Position numbers and translations under genes: made by a program. Positions 36,093 to 44,968 of a stretch of DNA of 64,000 nucleotides are shown in pieces (the first letter of the stretch is position 1; every line of letters starts with the position of its first letter). Origin of the DNA: a virus. Lineage: Duplodnaviria; Heunggongvirae; Uroviricota; Caudoviricetes. The notes below the pieces were generated by a model that saw only the letters and a list, made by a program, of their open reading frames with translations, ran no database searches and was not told the DNA's origin. The stretch is taken from IMG/VR virus record IMGVR_UViG_3300018080_000104, positions 67,454 to 131,453 of that record. The stretch is one strand, 5' to 3'.

Positions 36093-37778
36093 CTATGCCT
36101 CCGCTACGACGACGTTGTTGATCGTGATTGCAACGTCGTCCATGTCCAAAATGAATATGACTGTACGGCTACTTGTGAAATTGGCTGCATCATCCGGAAT
36201 GGTCAATGTATCGCTGCTGGTCAATACCGCTAATGTACCATCAGGCTTGCGGAGCTGGCCCAGCATGATTATCGAATCAGTGCTTACACTGGCTGGCAAT
36301 AGCGGCTCTAATACAGCTGCCAGCGAGCTGGCGTATAGCTTGCCTGGGAAGCCTGTCGTATTCACATAATCAGCGAGCGCATCGGCTAGCGTAGTCTCAT
36401 TTACTGTGGCGCTGGCATCTTTTCGCTCGAGTGTTACGCTAAGCGATACGAAACACGGAATTGCACCCTTTACCAGGTTATCGCCAACCGGATTGCGAAC
36501 ATCGCGAAGACCCAGAAATTCCTGTACTGGCTTTACCAGCGGATCGCTTCGTACCGTGATATCATAATCTTGCGTAGTTACCCCGACGACCAGGCCAGCG
36601 GTAGCAGTGTCTGTGTCCAGGAACTGGATTACTGCTGTTTGGTAGCGGCTATAGACCGCCTCCAAAGCTGTTTCGACATCGGGTATGTACGGCACGCCAT
36701 CTGCTTCGGTTAAGTCGACGCCGCGGGTATCGGATGTTACTGCGTAATTGGTGCCATCCGCTGCGCTTCCGGCAGGTCTGATATTGGTAATATCATAGAA
36801 ACCAGGCGCGTCGTCGCGGACAATCGCGGCCTGCCAAATGCCGCCGTCGACTGTGATGCTAACCAGCGTGGCCGTTTTAGTCAGTTTGGTAGATGCCGGC
36901 TGGCGTTGGCTGCGAAGATACATGTCTGACCGACCGCCGCCCGAAACAGGAAATAACCAATGCTGATCGCGTGTCATTTCGACATCGCCAAATCCGATGA
37001 TCGACATTGCCAGGATATCGTCAAAAGCGGCTGTTACCATGGAATACACAGAAGTGTCGGCATTGCGGACCATATTCTTAATCATGCTGCGATTTGAATA
37101 AGCCTTGGTTGACATGCCGGATTCCAGCAAAGCAATGATTTCCGCGCTGGTCTGGGCATCGAGCCCGCCTGTAAAATCAGCGGCTGCATAAGCACTGACA
37201 AAAGCGCTGACTGGCAGCGCGGGTGTCAATGCGTCGTCCTTTTGTAATAGTGAAGCCGACCCGGCTACCGATGCTGTAACATTTATGGTAAATGCCCAGC
37301 GATTTGTGCCCACTTGGGTAAGCAACCGGTCCGTCGAGCTTGTAACTTGTGCGGCTGTCAGTCTTGCTGCATAAGTGTCATCGGACGTATAAGCGCGGTC
37401 GCCAACGGTAAATACCTGGCCCTTGGCTACGCTAACTGCCAGTTGTTGGTTGAGCACTATGACAACTTCGCCAGCTGCGTATGATGCCGCTCGTCGTGTG
37501 ATGCGATAGTTGGACGCTACATTATCTACCAGGTCGTCGTCAGTGATTGCTGAATTGGCTTCGATCAGTATGATGCTTTGTGACTGCCGCACACGATCAG
37601 CATTTTCGCCCTGCGCAGCGCCAAGAATGCCGTCCAGCCCGACTACGAGATCGCTTACGACGCCTCGTTTCATATCTACGGCAGGAAATCGCTCTTGTAC
37701 GAGCTGCGCAGATATTGCAAAAGCCTGGGCGACATCGTCATCGTCCAGTTCGCTCAGATTCTGTACTTCCAGCGCCAT
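36093..37778 (-). CDS. baseplate J-like (gp6) wedge protein
   Basis: VA.NYRITRRAASYAAGEVVI.L, V.KGQVF, FTGGLDAQTS.E; start MALEVQ. Confidence 0.8.
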   Translation of the reverse strand: MALEVQNLSELDDDDVAQAFAISAQLVQERFPAVDMKRGVVSDLVVGLDGILGAAQGENADRVRQSQSIILIEANSAITDDDLVDNVASNYRITRRAASYAAGEVVIVLNQQLAVSVAKGQVFTVGDRAYTSDDTYAARLTAAQVTSSTDRLLTQVGTNRWAFTINVTASVAGSASLLQKDDALTPALPVSAFVSAYAAADFTGGLDAQTSAEIIALLESGMSTKAYSNRSMIKNMVRNADTSVYSMVTAAFDDILAMSIIGFGDVEMTRDQHWLFPVSGGGRSDMYLRSQRQPASTKLTKTATLVSITVDGGIWQAAIVRDDAPGFYDITNIRPAGSAADGTNYAVTSDTRGVDLTEADGVPYIPDVETALEAVYSRYQTAVIQFLDTDTATAGLVVGVTTQDYDITVRSDPLVKPVQEFLGLRDVRNPVGDNLVKGAIPCFVSLSVTLERKDASATVNETTLADALADYVNTTGFPGKLYASSLAAVLEPLLPASVSTDSIIMLGQLRKPDGTLAVLTSSDTLTIPDDAANFTSSRTVIFILDMDDVAITINNVVVAEA

Positions 37779-37779
37779 T

Positions 37780-38442
37780 TCATCCCTCCTTGGGAATTTC
37801 AACTGCTAGGCATACTTCGCCTTGTGCCCGGATCAGTTTTGCCAGATCGCCGAACGGAATAAACGCATGCCCTCCGCGACCCCAGCTTGTACCCCACGAA
37901 TTAAGAATTCGTACTAGACGTCGCCTGCAATTGATGCCGGTAAGCATGTAAGCATGTCCGCCAAGCAGTTTGCCCCTCGCGCGGATGATGCCGTTTCTCG
38001 GGTTATTCATCCTGGTATGCCAGTTTGTGCCTACTACAACGGGACCGATATCAAGTAATACTCGTTTGATATCCTGAAAGTCGGTTGTCCAGTGGTAGCT
38101 TTGGATGTATCCGGCTTTTTGCAGCACTTTAGCGCCGGCACGCACGCTGGTACCTTCATAGGATTCGCCGGGCCACTCATCTACTTTCTGGGCTTCATTA
38201 TAAATCCATGCAGGATTGATGCAGGGCTTTCTGCGAGTTATCGGCCTTATCGGGCCGGCTTCCAGCCATCCTGTCCATGCAAACCCTACGCAATATGGAT
38301 GCGGGCCTTGGTTGCCGATCCAATAATTGTCTTTCCAATATCGCACTTGCCTAGCGGATGCGCGAGGTAAACAGGCGCGCATCGGATACTGCTGGTCGCG
38401 CTTATCGGGAGCATAACGACGACCGAGTTGGATTTTGTTCAT
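37780..38442 (-). CDS. papain-like cysteine peptidase (C1 family)
   Basis: NQG...C (WIGNQGPHPYCVGFAW), GGHAY, ILNSWGTSWG..G. Confidence 0.9.
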   Translation of the reverse strand: MNKIQLGRRYAPDKRDQQYPMRACLPRASARQVRYWKDNYWIGNQGPHPYCVGFAWTGWLEAGPIRPITRRKPCINPAWIYNEAQKVDEWPGESYEGTSVRAGAKVLQKAGYIQSYHWTTDFQDIKRVLLDIGPVVVGTNWHTRMNNPRNGIIRARGKLLGGHAYMLTGINCRRRLVRILNSWGTSWGRGGHAFIPFGDLAKLIRAQGEVCLAVEIPKEG

Positions 38443-38906
38443 TGTGGCACCATGACTGGAATGGGAACAATTATTTGTACGGACTCTGATTGACTCTGAA
38501 TCACGATTGTCAGTTGTAGCTTGCCGTCGCTCAACGTTACGGCGCTTAGCATTGACGACTTGTATCGCTCGTCGTCTGGCTCGCTGCCTGTCTCTTCTGC
38601 TATTAGCTGTTGTCTTGCTTGCAATTCAGCAATTGCAAACTCGGAGTAGACATCTGCTTCCGTATGGATCCAGCCGCTTCGCAGCGCCAACATGAACCGC
38701 GTGCCTTGCTCGATTTCTTTGCCCCAATAGTTGTATACGATGGAGTCTACTTCGTTCAGGAACGTGATCATGAACCGCTGCGCTAGTTTTAGAATGCCGG
38801 TGCAAATCGTGCCGGACGTACTGGCATCTACCATGACACCGTCTGTGCTGTCGACGGACCATGCCTGCATGTCAACCGTACGATCTTGGTATTGCGCTAC
38901 AGTCAT
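38439..38906 (-). CDS. baseplate wedge protein, gp25/W-like
   Basis: TGILKLAQRF..FL..DS...GT.F pattern; lies upstream of baseplate J. Confidence 0.6.
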   Translation of the reverse strand: MTVAQYQDRTVDMQAWSVDSTDGVMVDASTSGTICTGILKLAQRFMITFLNEVDSIVYNYWGKEIEQGTRFMLALRSGWIHTEADVYSEFAIAELQARQQLIAEETGSEPDDERYKSSMLSAVTLSDGKLQLTIVIQSQSESVQIIVPIPVMVPQ

Positions 38907-39343
38907 TATAGGTTTCCGCTGTCTAGCATATTTTGGATATACGATATGATATCGCCGGTATGAATACCGTTGGCGTGCCCGTGTGCCAGTTTTCGTCCGG
39001 CTGTATGGGCGTGTGCCCGCACGATAGTCATGTGTCGCAATCTGAACGCTTTTTCCATCATTCCAAGATAATTTATTTGGAGCGTTTTGCCAGCACCAAT
39101 ACCGACTTTGCCGCCGTCGGCAGCATTAAGATTGTCTTTTGCCTCCGTGTTCAAATCGGCGCGATCGAACGGCTTTGTCATGCCTGAAATGTTCAATGGA
39201 TCGCCGTCCCAACCGCGGGGTGGTGGCAGCATCCACCGCCGCGGCTGCGTCGTGCCAGACAGGTACAATTGTGCCTGGTAATTGCGGCAGCGAATACGTT
39301 CCATCAGTTCCTGAAATGGAATTGCTGGCTGTTGGCTTGGCAT
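38906..39343 (-). CDS. hypothetical protein
   Basis: ORF coupled on both sides. Confidence 0.65.
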   Translation of the reverse strand: MPSQQPAIPFQELMERIRCRNYQAQLYLSGTTQPRRWMLPPPRGWDGDPLNISGMTKPFDRADLNTEAKDNLNAADGGKVGIGAGKTLQINYLGMMEKAFRLRHMTIVRAHAHTAGRKLAHGHANGIHTGDIISYIQNMLDSGNL

Positions 39344-40086
39344 TACATGACTCCGAAGTCTTCTAATTCGTCGATTTGCTGCTGTATTTGTTGCATCCGG
39401 TGGCTGACAGCGCCAGGTGTGAGCCGTAAAGCGGCAGCGATCGCTGTTGCCGACATTTTTGGATGTCCGTGTAGCCCGAATGCACGGTCCATAATAAACT
39501 GGTTAGTGGGATTTGTCTCCCCGTAGACAAATTCGAGCTGGCTGTTGTCATTGATTGTCGGAGGAACGATGGCAGGGTCATAGCCTTCGCTGCCTTCGCT
39601 GCCTTCGGAAGCGGGGCGTGCAATTTGCCCCTCCGCAATGGGGGTTTTGCCACGTCTGATGTATTCTAGGCGACGTATCGATATTCCGGTATCGTCGGCC
39701 AACTCAGTATCCGATGGCGGCCTTCCCAATTTCTCTTCCAGTGCCATTGTTGCAGTGTTAATTCGCATCTGGTCTAGTGCTACTTGCTCGGGCATCTTGA
39801 TGATTTGGCGTTCTTGTCCAGCTGCTCGGCGAATGCGCTGCAGCCGCGACAACAAATGCGATCGCAATGAGCCTCGTAGCGGATCGTAACTCGCAAAGGA
39901 ATCGACGGCCAGCTGTTTAGCCTGCGATCGCAAATTTGGGCTAGCATTGCCGCCGCCGTAGCTGCGGAGTGCATTGGAAATTACGGGCGTCACTTTACGA
40001 AGCAATGCGCCAGTTGTTTGCTTATCGGGGCGCTCACTCCATGCAGTGAACTCTGATTCGTATTCTGGTTCCAATTTGGATTTCAT
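39343..40086 (-). CDS. phage RNA polymerase sigma factor, sigma70 family (FliA/WhiG/SigF-like)
   Basis: Region 2 (DSFASYDPLRG.L.SHL..RL), region 3 (LEEKLGRPPSDTELADDTGIS), region 4 HTH (AFGL.G...MS..IAAALRLTPGAVS). Confidence 0.85.
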   Translation of the reverse strand: MKSKLEPEYESEFTAWSERPDKQTTGALLRKVTPVISNALRSYGGGNASPNLRSQAKQLAVDSFASYDPLRGSLRSHLLSRLQRIRRAAGQERQIIKMPEQVALDQMRINTATMALEEKLGRPPSDTELADDTGISIRRLEYIRRGKTPIAEGQIARPASEGSEGSEGYDPAIVPPTINDNSQLEFVYGETNPTNQFIMDRAFGLHGHPKMSATAIAAALRLTPGAVSHRMQQIQQQIDELEDFGVM

Positions 40087-40093
40087 AGAGCAC

Positions 40094-41707
40094 CTATGCT
40101 TGTTGAAGCATGTAATCGCCTACCCAAATTCTGTCGTATAGTGGATGCCTTGCAACCGAAGTATCGTCGCTAGCATTTTCAAGCGCTGTCCGGATGTGCG
40201 ATAACTCGTATTGCACTATGGCCAATGGTTTTTGCGCAGAAATCCCATAACGGACTCGTGATACTGTCGCCCATCGCGGTTCTCCGTGCGGATCGACGCC
40301 GGCAAGAAAAGCGCCTGCCGTGCCTTCAATTTTAACTGTCGATCCCGGACAGACATCGAACCGGAGCGGCCCGCTGATTCGTCCGGATCTGTGGTGCAGC
40401 ATTTCGGACACAAAGCTGGCCTGCGCTAATCTATCTAAGACGGTTTTTTGCTCTGCTTTCAGTGTCTTTGTTGATTTTGCAGTGGGTGGTACGCCCTCGT
40501 CTGGCCAATTAGGCCCGTCGCCTCTGACATTACCTCCAACACCAACAGTCAAATCCGAATATGCAGATGGCGGCGCAAATTCAGACAACCATCGCGGAGC
40601 TTGTCGGATTACTACTAAACCGTCATCCCGAGCGACATACCAGCCGCCCATATCGCCCGGATCCCAGTCGTTTGGCTCTTGCACGTCGAAATGGGCTCCG
40701 CCGTGTCCGACATTAAACCCAAATGCTCGTAGCGGTTGCTGCAACATAGCATTGACGTTGTACGTATCTAGATCTCTGGCCAAAAAAGTGTAGTTGATGC
40801 CCCAGGGATCCCAAAAATTCCGCAAGCCAGCCGTAAACGGCACTACGAGTGCTTTATGCGGAAATGGAATGACTGCAAAGCGATAGTTTGGTGCTATACC
40901 GTGTATCAGTTTGTCCCAGATATTTGTTTGGGCCAACGCCGACATCGTGCCGAATACATCGTTGGGTTGCAATGTGCCGTAGACGATATCGTTTCCTATG
41001 GACTGCGCTATAGACCCCGCATTACTTATAGACGGATCAAATGGTAGCATATCTCCCTGGAACATATTCAACGCTGCAGCTGCATCGCTATTAGCGCTGT
41101 CGTTGTGATTTCCGCCGACCGTATTTTGGTCCAACCGCCGCGAGCCTACCAAAAATTCCAGCCAGGGTTTAATCGACTGCCCCCATAAATCGTTTGTGAT
41201 TTTCGGACCGTCGAAGAATACGTGCCCCATCGTAGTTGGAAAAATATGCGCCTGCGCGCCCTGTTGCATCATCAAACGTTGATTAAACGTGAACGCCGAC
41301 GGATTTGACGGATGCGATCCTTGGCACATGGTTGAAGCAAACGACAATGCAGACAACCAATGTGTTATTTCGAGCGTCATCTGCAGGCCGTCATAACTAT
41401 GCCGATAGCCGATACCGGTTACCCAGCCGGCAAAAAGCAAGTACGTACCGACTGGCAAGATTGTATTGGTTGCTCCCGATCCGTATCCGACCTGAATATA
41501 AACGTTCGTCGGAATCATGATCTGCGTTTCTGTAGCAATCAGGTGGGAAGTTGCCGGCAGCAATGTGCGCACCTCGCGCCCGACCGGAATATTGGCGATG
41601 GCCCGTGGAATTTCATTGATTGAAAAAATGCACTGGAAATCCACGATGTCGACGATTTCACCGCCGACATTAGCCCACACACGTAATCCTGCTGTTGTGT
41701 AGCTCAT
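40094..41707 (-). CDS. baseplate hub protein (gp27/late control D-like)
   Basis: F..INEIPRA.., F.GWVTG pattern; C-terminal GPLRFDVCPGSTVKI, V.RV.Y; position in the operon. Confidence 0.55.
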   Translation of the reverse strand: MSYTTAGLRVWANVGGEIVDIVDFQCIFSINEIPRAIANIPVGREVRTLLPATSHLIATETQIMIPTNVYIQVGYGSGATNTILPVGTYLLFAGWVTGIGYRHSYDGLQMTLEITHWLSALSFASTMCQGSHPSNPSAFTFNQRLMMQQGAQAHIFPTTMGHVFFDGPKITNDLWGQSIKPWLEFLVGSRRLDQNTVGGNHNDSANSDAAAALNMFQGDMLPFDPSISNAGSIAQSIGNDIVYGTLQPNDVFGTMSALAQTNIWDKLIHGIAPNYRFAVIPFPHKALVVPFTAGLRNFWDPWGINYTFLARDLDTYNVNAMLQQPLRAFGFNVGHGGAHFDVQEPNDWDPGDMGGWYVARDDGLVVIRQAPRWLSEFAPPSAYSDLTVGVGGNVRGDGPNWPDEGVPPTAKSTKTLKAEQKTVLDRLAQASFVSEMLHHRSGRISGPLRFDVCPGSTVKIEGTAGAFLAGVDPHGEPRWATVSRVRYGISAQKPLAIVQYELSHIRTALENASDDTSVARHPLYDRIWVGDYMLQQA

Positions 41708-41710
41708 TTC

Positions 41711-42499
41711 TTAGACAGTAAGTGCGGCCGTACGATAAGCCAGCGCTAGCAATAAACCGCCCAGCTTGTAGGCATATTGCTCGTGGCTATTCCAACAATT
41801 CCACCACGTCAAATACGGTTCGACGGGCGTTTGACCAAACAACGCAATCTCGTCGGTGTCTGATACAACATGCTGCAAAGTAGCGAGTATTTCTGCCATG
41901 TTGGTAGTTGGCTTGGCTGTTGAAGCTATTGTCCAGCTGTCGACAACTGTGCCGCTGAAATTGAAATACAGCGGCGAGCCAGACAACGGAATCAGGCTAC
42001 TCAGGCCGTCGGTAACAGTATAGGCTTGCACTGCCATGCCAGGTGTCGGTGTGAACTCCTGGATTGTAACCGTATTTCCAGCGTTTACAGTAACTTGCCA
42101 TTGCCTGTAAATGATCCCGTTTGCTTCGTCCGGTACCGGATCTCCGATGATTGTAAGCGTGCCAGTTGTGCCCGGCGCATCTGTTACAACAGAGCCGAAT
42201 GCGCTTGCCAGCAGTTCGCCGCGGTCGAACGGCAGATACGTAATCCTATCATCTACATAGGTGACGTATTCTGCCAGCTCTGTTGCATGTAGCACTTGCA
42301 TCAGCTGGTACAGGCGAAAATTCAGCATCTGTCGATCCGGCGTGCCGCCGAATAAGACGCTGCGTATTTTGGCAAAACCGGCCGGTAACGTGCGCGGAAG
42401 GTAGTCGGGCGAAACATATTCTTCGGCCAGAGTGTCTGCAGTACCGTGTCCGGTTTGGTTCAATAGCAGCGTCCGAACGTAATTGGGATAAGTGCTCAT
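41711..42499 (-). CDS. hypothetical virion protein
   Basis: 262-aa ORF in the operon. Confidence 0.65.
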   Translation of the reverse strand: MSTYPNYVRTLLLNQTGHGTADTLAEEYVSPDYLPRTLPAGFAKIRSVLFGGTPDRQMLNFRLYQLMQVLHATELAEYVTYVDDRITYLPFDRGELLASAFGSVVTDAPGTTGTLTIIGDPVPDEANGIIYRQWQVTVNAGNTVTIQEFTPTPGMAVQAYTVTDGLSSLIPLSGSPLYFNFSGTVVDSWTIASTAKPTTNMAEILATLQHVVSDTDEIALFGQTPVEPYLTWWNCWNSHEQYAYKLGGLLLALAYRTAALTV

Positions 42500-42948
42500 C
42501 CTGCAATGCTTCTATATTTTAGGGTAAAACGGGCTAACCTCGATTTAGGGTCCATGAGCTGCATGTCGATTCCAACCAAGAAGCCGTAGAAAACGGCAAG
42601 TCCGACAGCGATATAGATAGGCGCACCTGTCCAAGAAATGGCGTTATAGGCATAGTAGCCCAGCGTGTTCGAAACACCACTCCAGTTATAGTAGGAACAC
42701 GAGCCCACGAAAGTGACACCGGTAACGGTAATGTCGCCCATCTTTTCGCCAAAAACGTAAACATAGGTGAAGTTTCGCAGCGTATTCAAAAACTGATAAT
42801 TGCCCGAAGACGAAATACTGAATCCGCGGATGATCGCATTGCGGACCGGATATCCGCCCCAATTGCCAATTACAAATGTGATTGGCAGAATATTGGGATC
42901 GTTGATTGCAATTGCAATACCGGGCTCAACCGCAAATATGTTAGCCAT
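42496..42948 (-). CDS. tube-like baseplate/initiator protein
   Basis: YVYVFGEKMGDITVTG beta-rich tube-fold-like motif. Confidence 0.55.
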   Translation of the reverse strand: MANIFAVEPGIAIAINDPNILPITFVIGNWGGYPVRNAIIRGFSISSSGNYQFLNTLRNFTYVYVFGEKMGDITVTGVTFVGSCSYYNWSGVSNTLGYYAYNAISWTGAPIYIAVGLAVFYGFLVGIDMQLMDPKSRLARFTLKYRSIAG

Positions 42949-42961
42949 ACCAACTTCCTTG

Positions 42962-43504
42962 TCAGATTTCGACGTCTGCGCGCCCTTGCTGTACTTCCGT
43001 CATTCCAAGACCGACGATTTCCAGCTGTGTGCCGGGCGCCAGTGTTACAACTGTTGCTTCGCCCAACATTTCTTTTCTGTTATCCTGCTCTCGCTGTAAT
43101 TCCGTGCCGGCTATATTCAGCAAACGATCGTTATCGACTTCACTTGCTAACTGGATAGCTTGTTCACGATGGCTGCCGGCAGGGAGTGCCATATCTTGGT
43201 TATTTGCAGCACTTGCTACAGGATCTTCGCGATCCGACGCTATTGCCGGCGGTGACTCTGCTTCAAAATCATTGGCAGCCGGCATTTGTGCTGGCACATA
43301 ATCGTCAGTGCCGATAGCCTCGAACTTATCGGGGCTCACAAATGTATCATCAGCCGCTGGCGGCTCGTCAGTAAACGTGAATCCGCCGTTGTCGTCATAG
43401 GCAGCCACGGCTGCAACGACGGGATCTTCAGCGGCTATTTGTGCTGGCGGCGTTTGAAAATCAAGCGCATCCAGCACGTTTTCGCGTTCATCATCCTGAT
43501 TCAT
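42962..43504 (-). CDS. acidic hypothetical protein
   Basis: 180-aa ORF. Confidence 0.65.
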   Translation of the reverse strand: MNQDDERENVLDALDFQTPPAQIAAEDPVVAAVAAYDDNGGFTFTDEPPAADDTFVSPDKFEAIGTDDYVPAQMPAANDFEAESPPAIASDREDPVASAANNQDMALPAGSHREQAIQLASEVDNDRLLNIAGTELQREQDNRKEMLGEATVVTLAPGTQLEIVGLGMTEVQQGRADVEI

Positions 43505-43892
43505 TGTTCTCTCCGCGCCAGAAAGCTTTTAATCGCTCGATTTCTGCAATTCCTTCGGGACTGCTCGGATCAGGGAATAATTGTACGTATTTGTCTCGCA
43601 GGCTTTTAGCTACTTCCAGCAGCGATTTATCGCCTGTAGCCACCCATGGCACCATTTCATTGATAACTTTGTTTCGGAGCTTCCCAATCGTTTTCCAGCA
43701 CGCATCTATTTGCATCGGATCTTTCAATATCTGCAGCACGGCTAGTCGCTGTTGCAGCTTGTGCTCGTAAATCTTAATGCAGTGCGTGCTGCTGATATAG
43801 TCGAGAATCCAGTGCAGTTTAATTTGCCATTTGCGATCGAGTACGTCCGCGGCACGAAAATCGATCATGCCACTGCCGGCGGCTTGCACCAT
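43491..43892 (-). CDS. hypothetical protein (possible tail assembly chaperone II)
   Basis: C-terminal part of track ORF 43491..44411; ATG at 43892 overlaps the upstream TGA (TGATG). Confidence 0.6.
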   Translation of the reverse strand: MVQAAGSGMIDFRAADVLDRKWQIKLHWILDYISSTHCIKIYEHKLQQRLAVLQILKDPMQIDACWKTIGKLRNKVINEMVPWVATGDKSLLEVAKSLRDKYVQLFPDPSSPEGIAEIERLKAFWRGENNESG

Positions 43893-44968
43893 CAGCCATG
43901 CGTCTCGATCGCGTTGTAAAAATCCGGGTCGGTAGCTTTGACCTCCAAATGCGTTAGAATCCCCCAGAAATGCGACCAGCAGAACGCAGCCGCTCTCCGT
44001 ACGGTTTCTGTGACAAAAATGTGTTCGTTGATGTCGTTTCGCATCGTCGCTACGACGCCCGAACGTTCTGGGCCAGTGTCGTAGTCTGCTGCCGGAGTTA
44101 CGGTATATTCCGGTTGCTGGCTGCGTACGGCCGAATGAAGGCCGAGGGCCATTCGATATTCGGCCTGTCGCACCCTTACTTGCGTTTTCGTAGTAAGCTG
44201 CCCAGCGTCCGTATCGGCGATTATTTGAGCATTGATTGCGTCTTCTTCTGCAGGCAGCAGACTCCGAAAGACGATATCCAGCTTGCCGCCGAATAATTGA
44301 TATGCTTTGTAAAAACGTTGACCGCCTAATACGGCTTGTACATAGTTTTGGATGTCTATGCGAGTAGGCAGTTGCACAGCGGCTGTAACATCTGCGCCGC
44401 AGCGAGGACAAATAGTTACCGGTGCCGGCGTTTCCGGTGAAGCTGTTGGTGCGGGTTCCGGTGCAGCGTTTTCTGCCTGGCTGACGGTTGCTACGGCTTG
44501 CTGCATACCGGGGATCGTCATATCGATAGCTGATTGGGCTGACACCGTACCGTTTTTGGCGTTAGCAATTTTTGCTTCAACTTCGGCCAACTCTGCCATA
44601 GTCTGGTAATACTGTGCGCGTTCTGCGGGGGCCAGTTCCGAGATGTCACGGATTTCGGGCGGCACGATAGGCGGCGTATTTGGCGGCACTGGTGTTAGTC
44701 CTTCTGTATTGGCGGCCGCCTTACCAATGGCGGCGGCTTCTGCTGTCAGCCTCTTGGCCAGCACCGTATCTGTAAGATCGGGAATCGGATCACCTTCTTT
44801 CCAGCCGCCGGCATCGAGCACCTGTTTTTCCATCGGCGTCAACCGTGTGCCGTTGGCCGCCGAACGCGGCACTTTGCCCATGATTGTGCCCGGATTTGCC
44901 GGATACTGCCGGCTGCCGGCTGTAGCTGCGGGAGGTAGCGTGTTCATCGGTTCGTCCTCATGGTCCAA
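43892..44968 (-). CDS. probable tail assembly chaperone
   Basis: CPRCG; Y..YQLFGGKL..VFRSL..EED; position after tube and spike genes. Confidence 0.55.
   Translation of the reverse strand: MDHEDEPMNTLPPAATAGSRQYPANPGTIMGKVPRSAANGTRLTPMEKQVLDAGGWKEGDPIPDLTDTVLAKRLTAEAAAIGKAAANTEGLTPVPPNTPPIVPPEIRDISELAPAERAQYYQTMAELAEVEAKIANAKNGTVSAQSAIDMTIPGMQQAVATVSQAENAAPEPAPTASPETPAPVTICPRCGADVTAAVQLPTRIDIQNYVQAVLGGQRFYKAYQLFGGKLDIVFRSLLPAEEDAINAQIIADTDAGQLTTKTQVRVRQAEYRMALGLHSAVRSQQPEYTVTPAADYDTGPERSGVVATMRNDINEHIFVTETVRRAAAFCWSHFWGILTHLEVKATDPDFYNAIETHG

Noticed and set aside
43491-44411. Programmed frameshift joining the two chaperone-like ORFs
   Set aside because: No clear slippery heptamer near 43892, and a TGATG stop/start overlap explains separate translation
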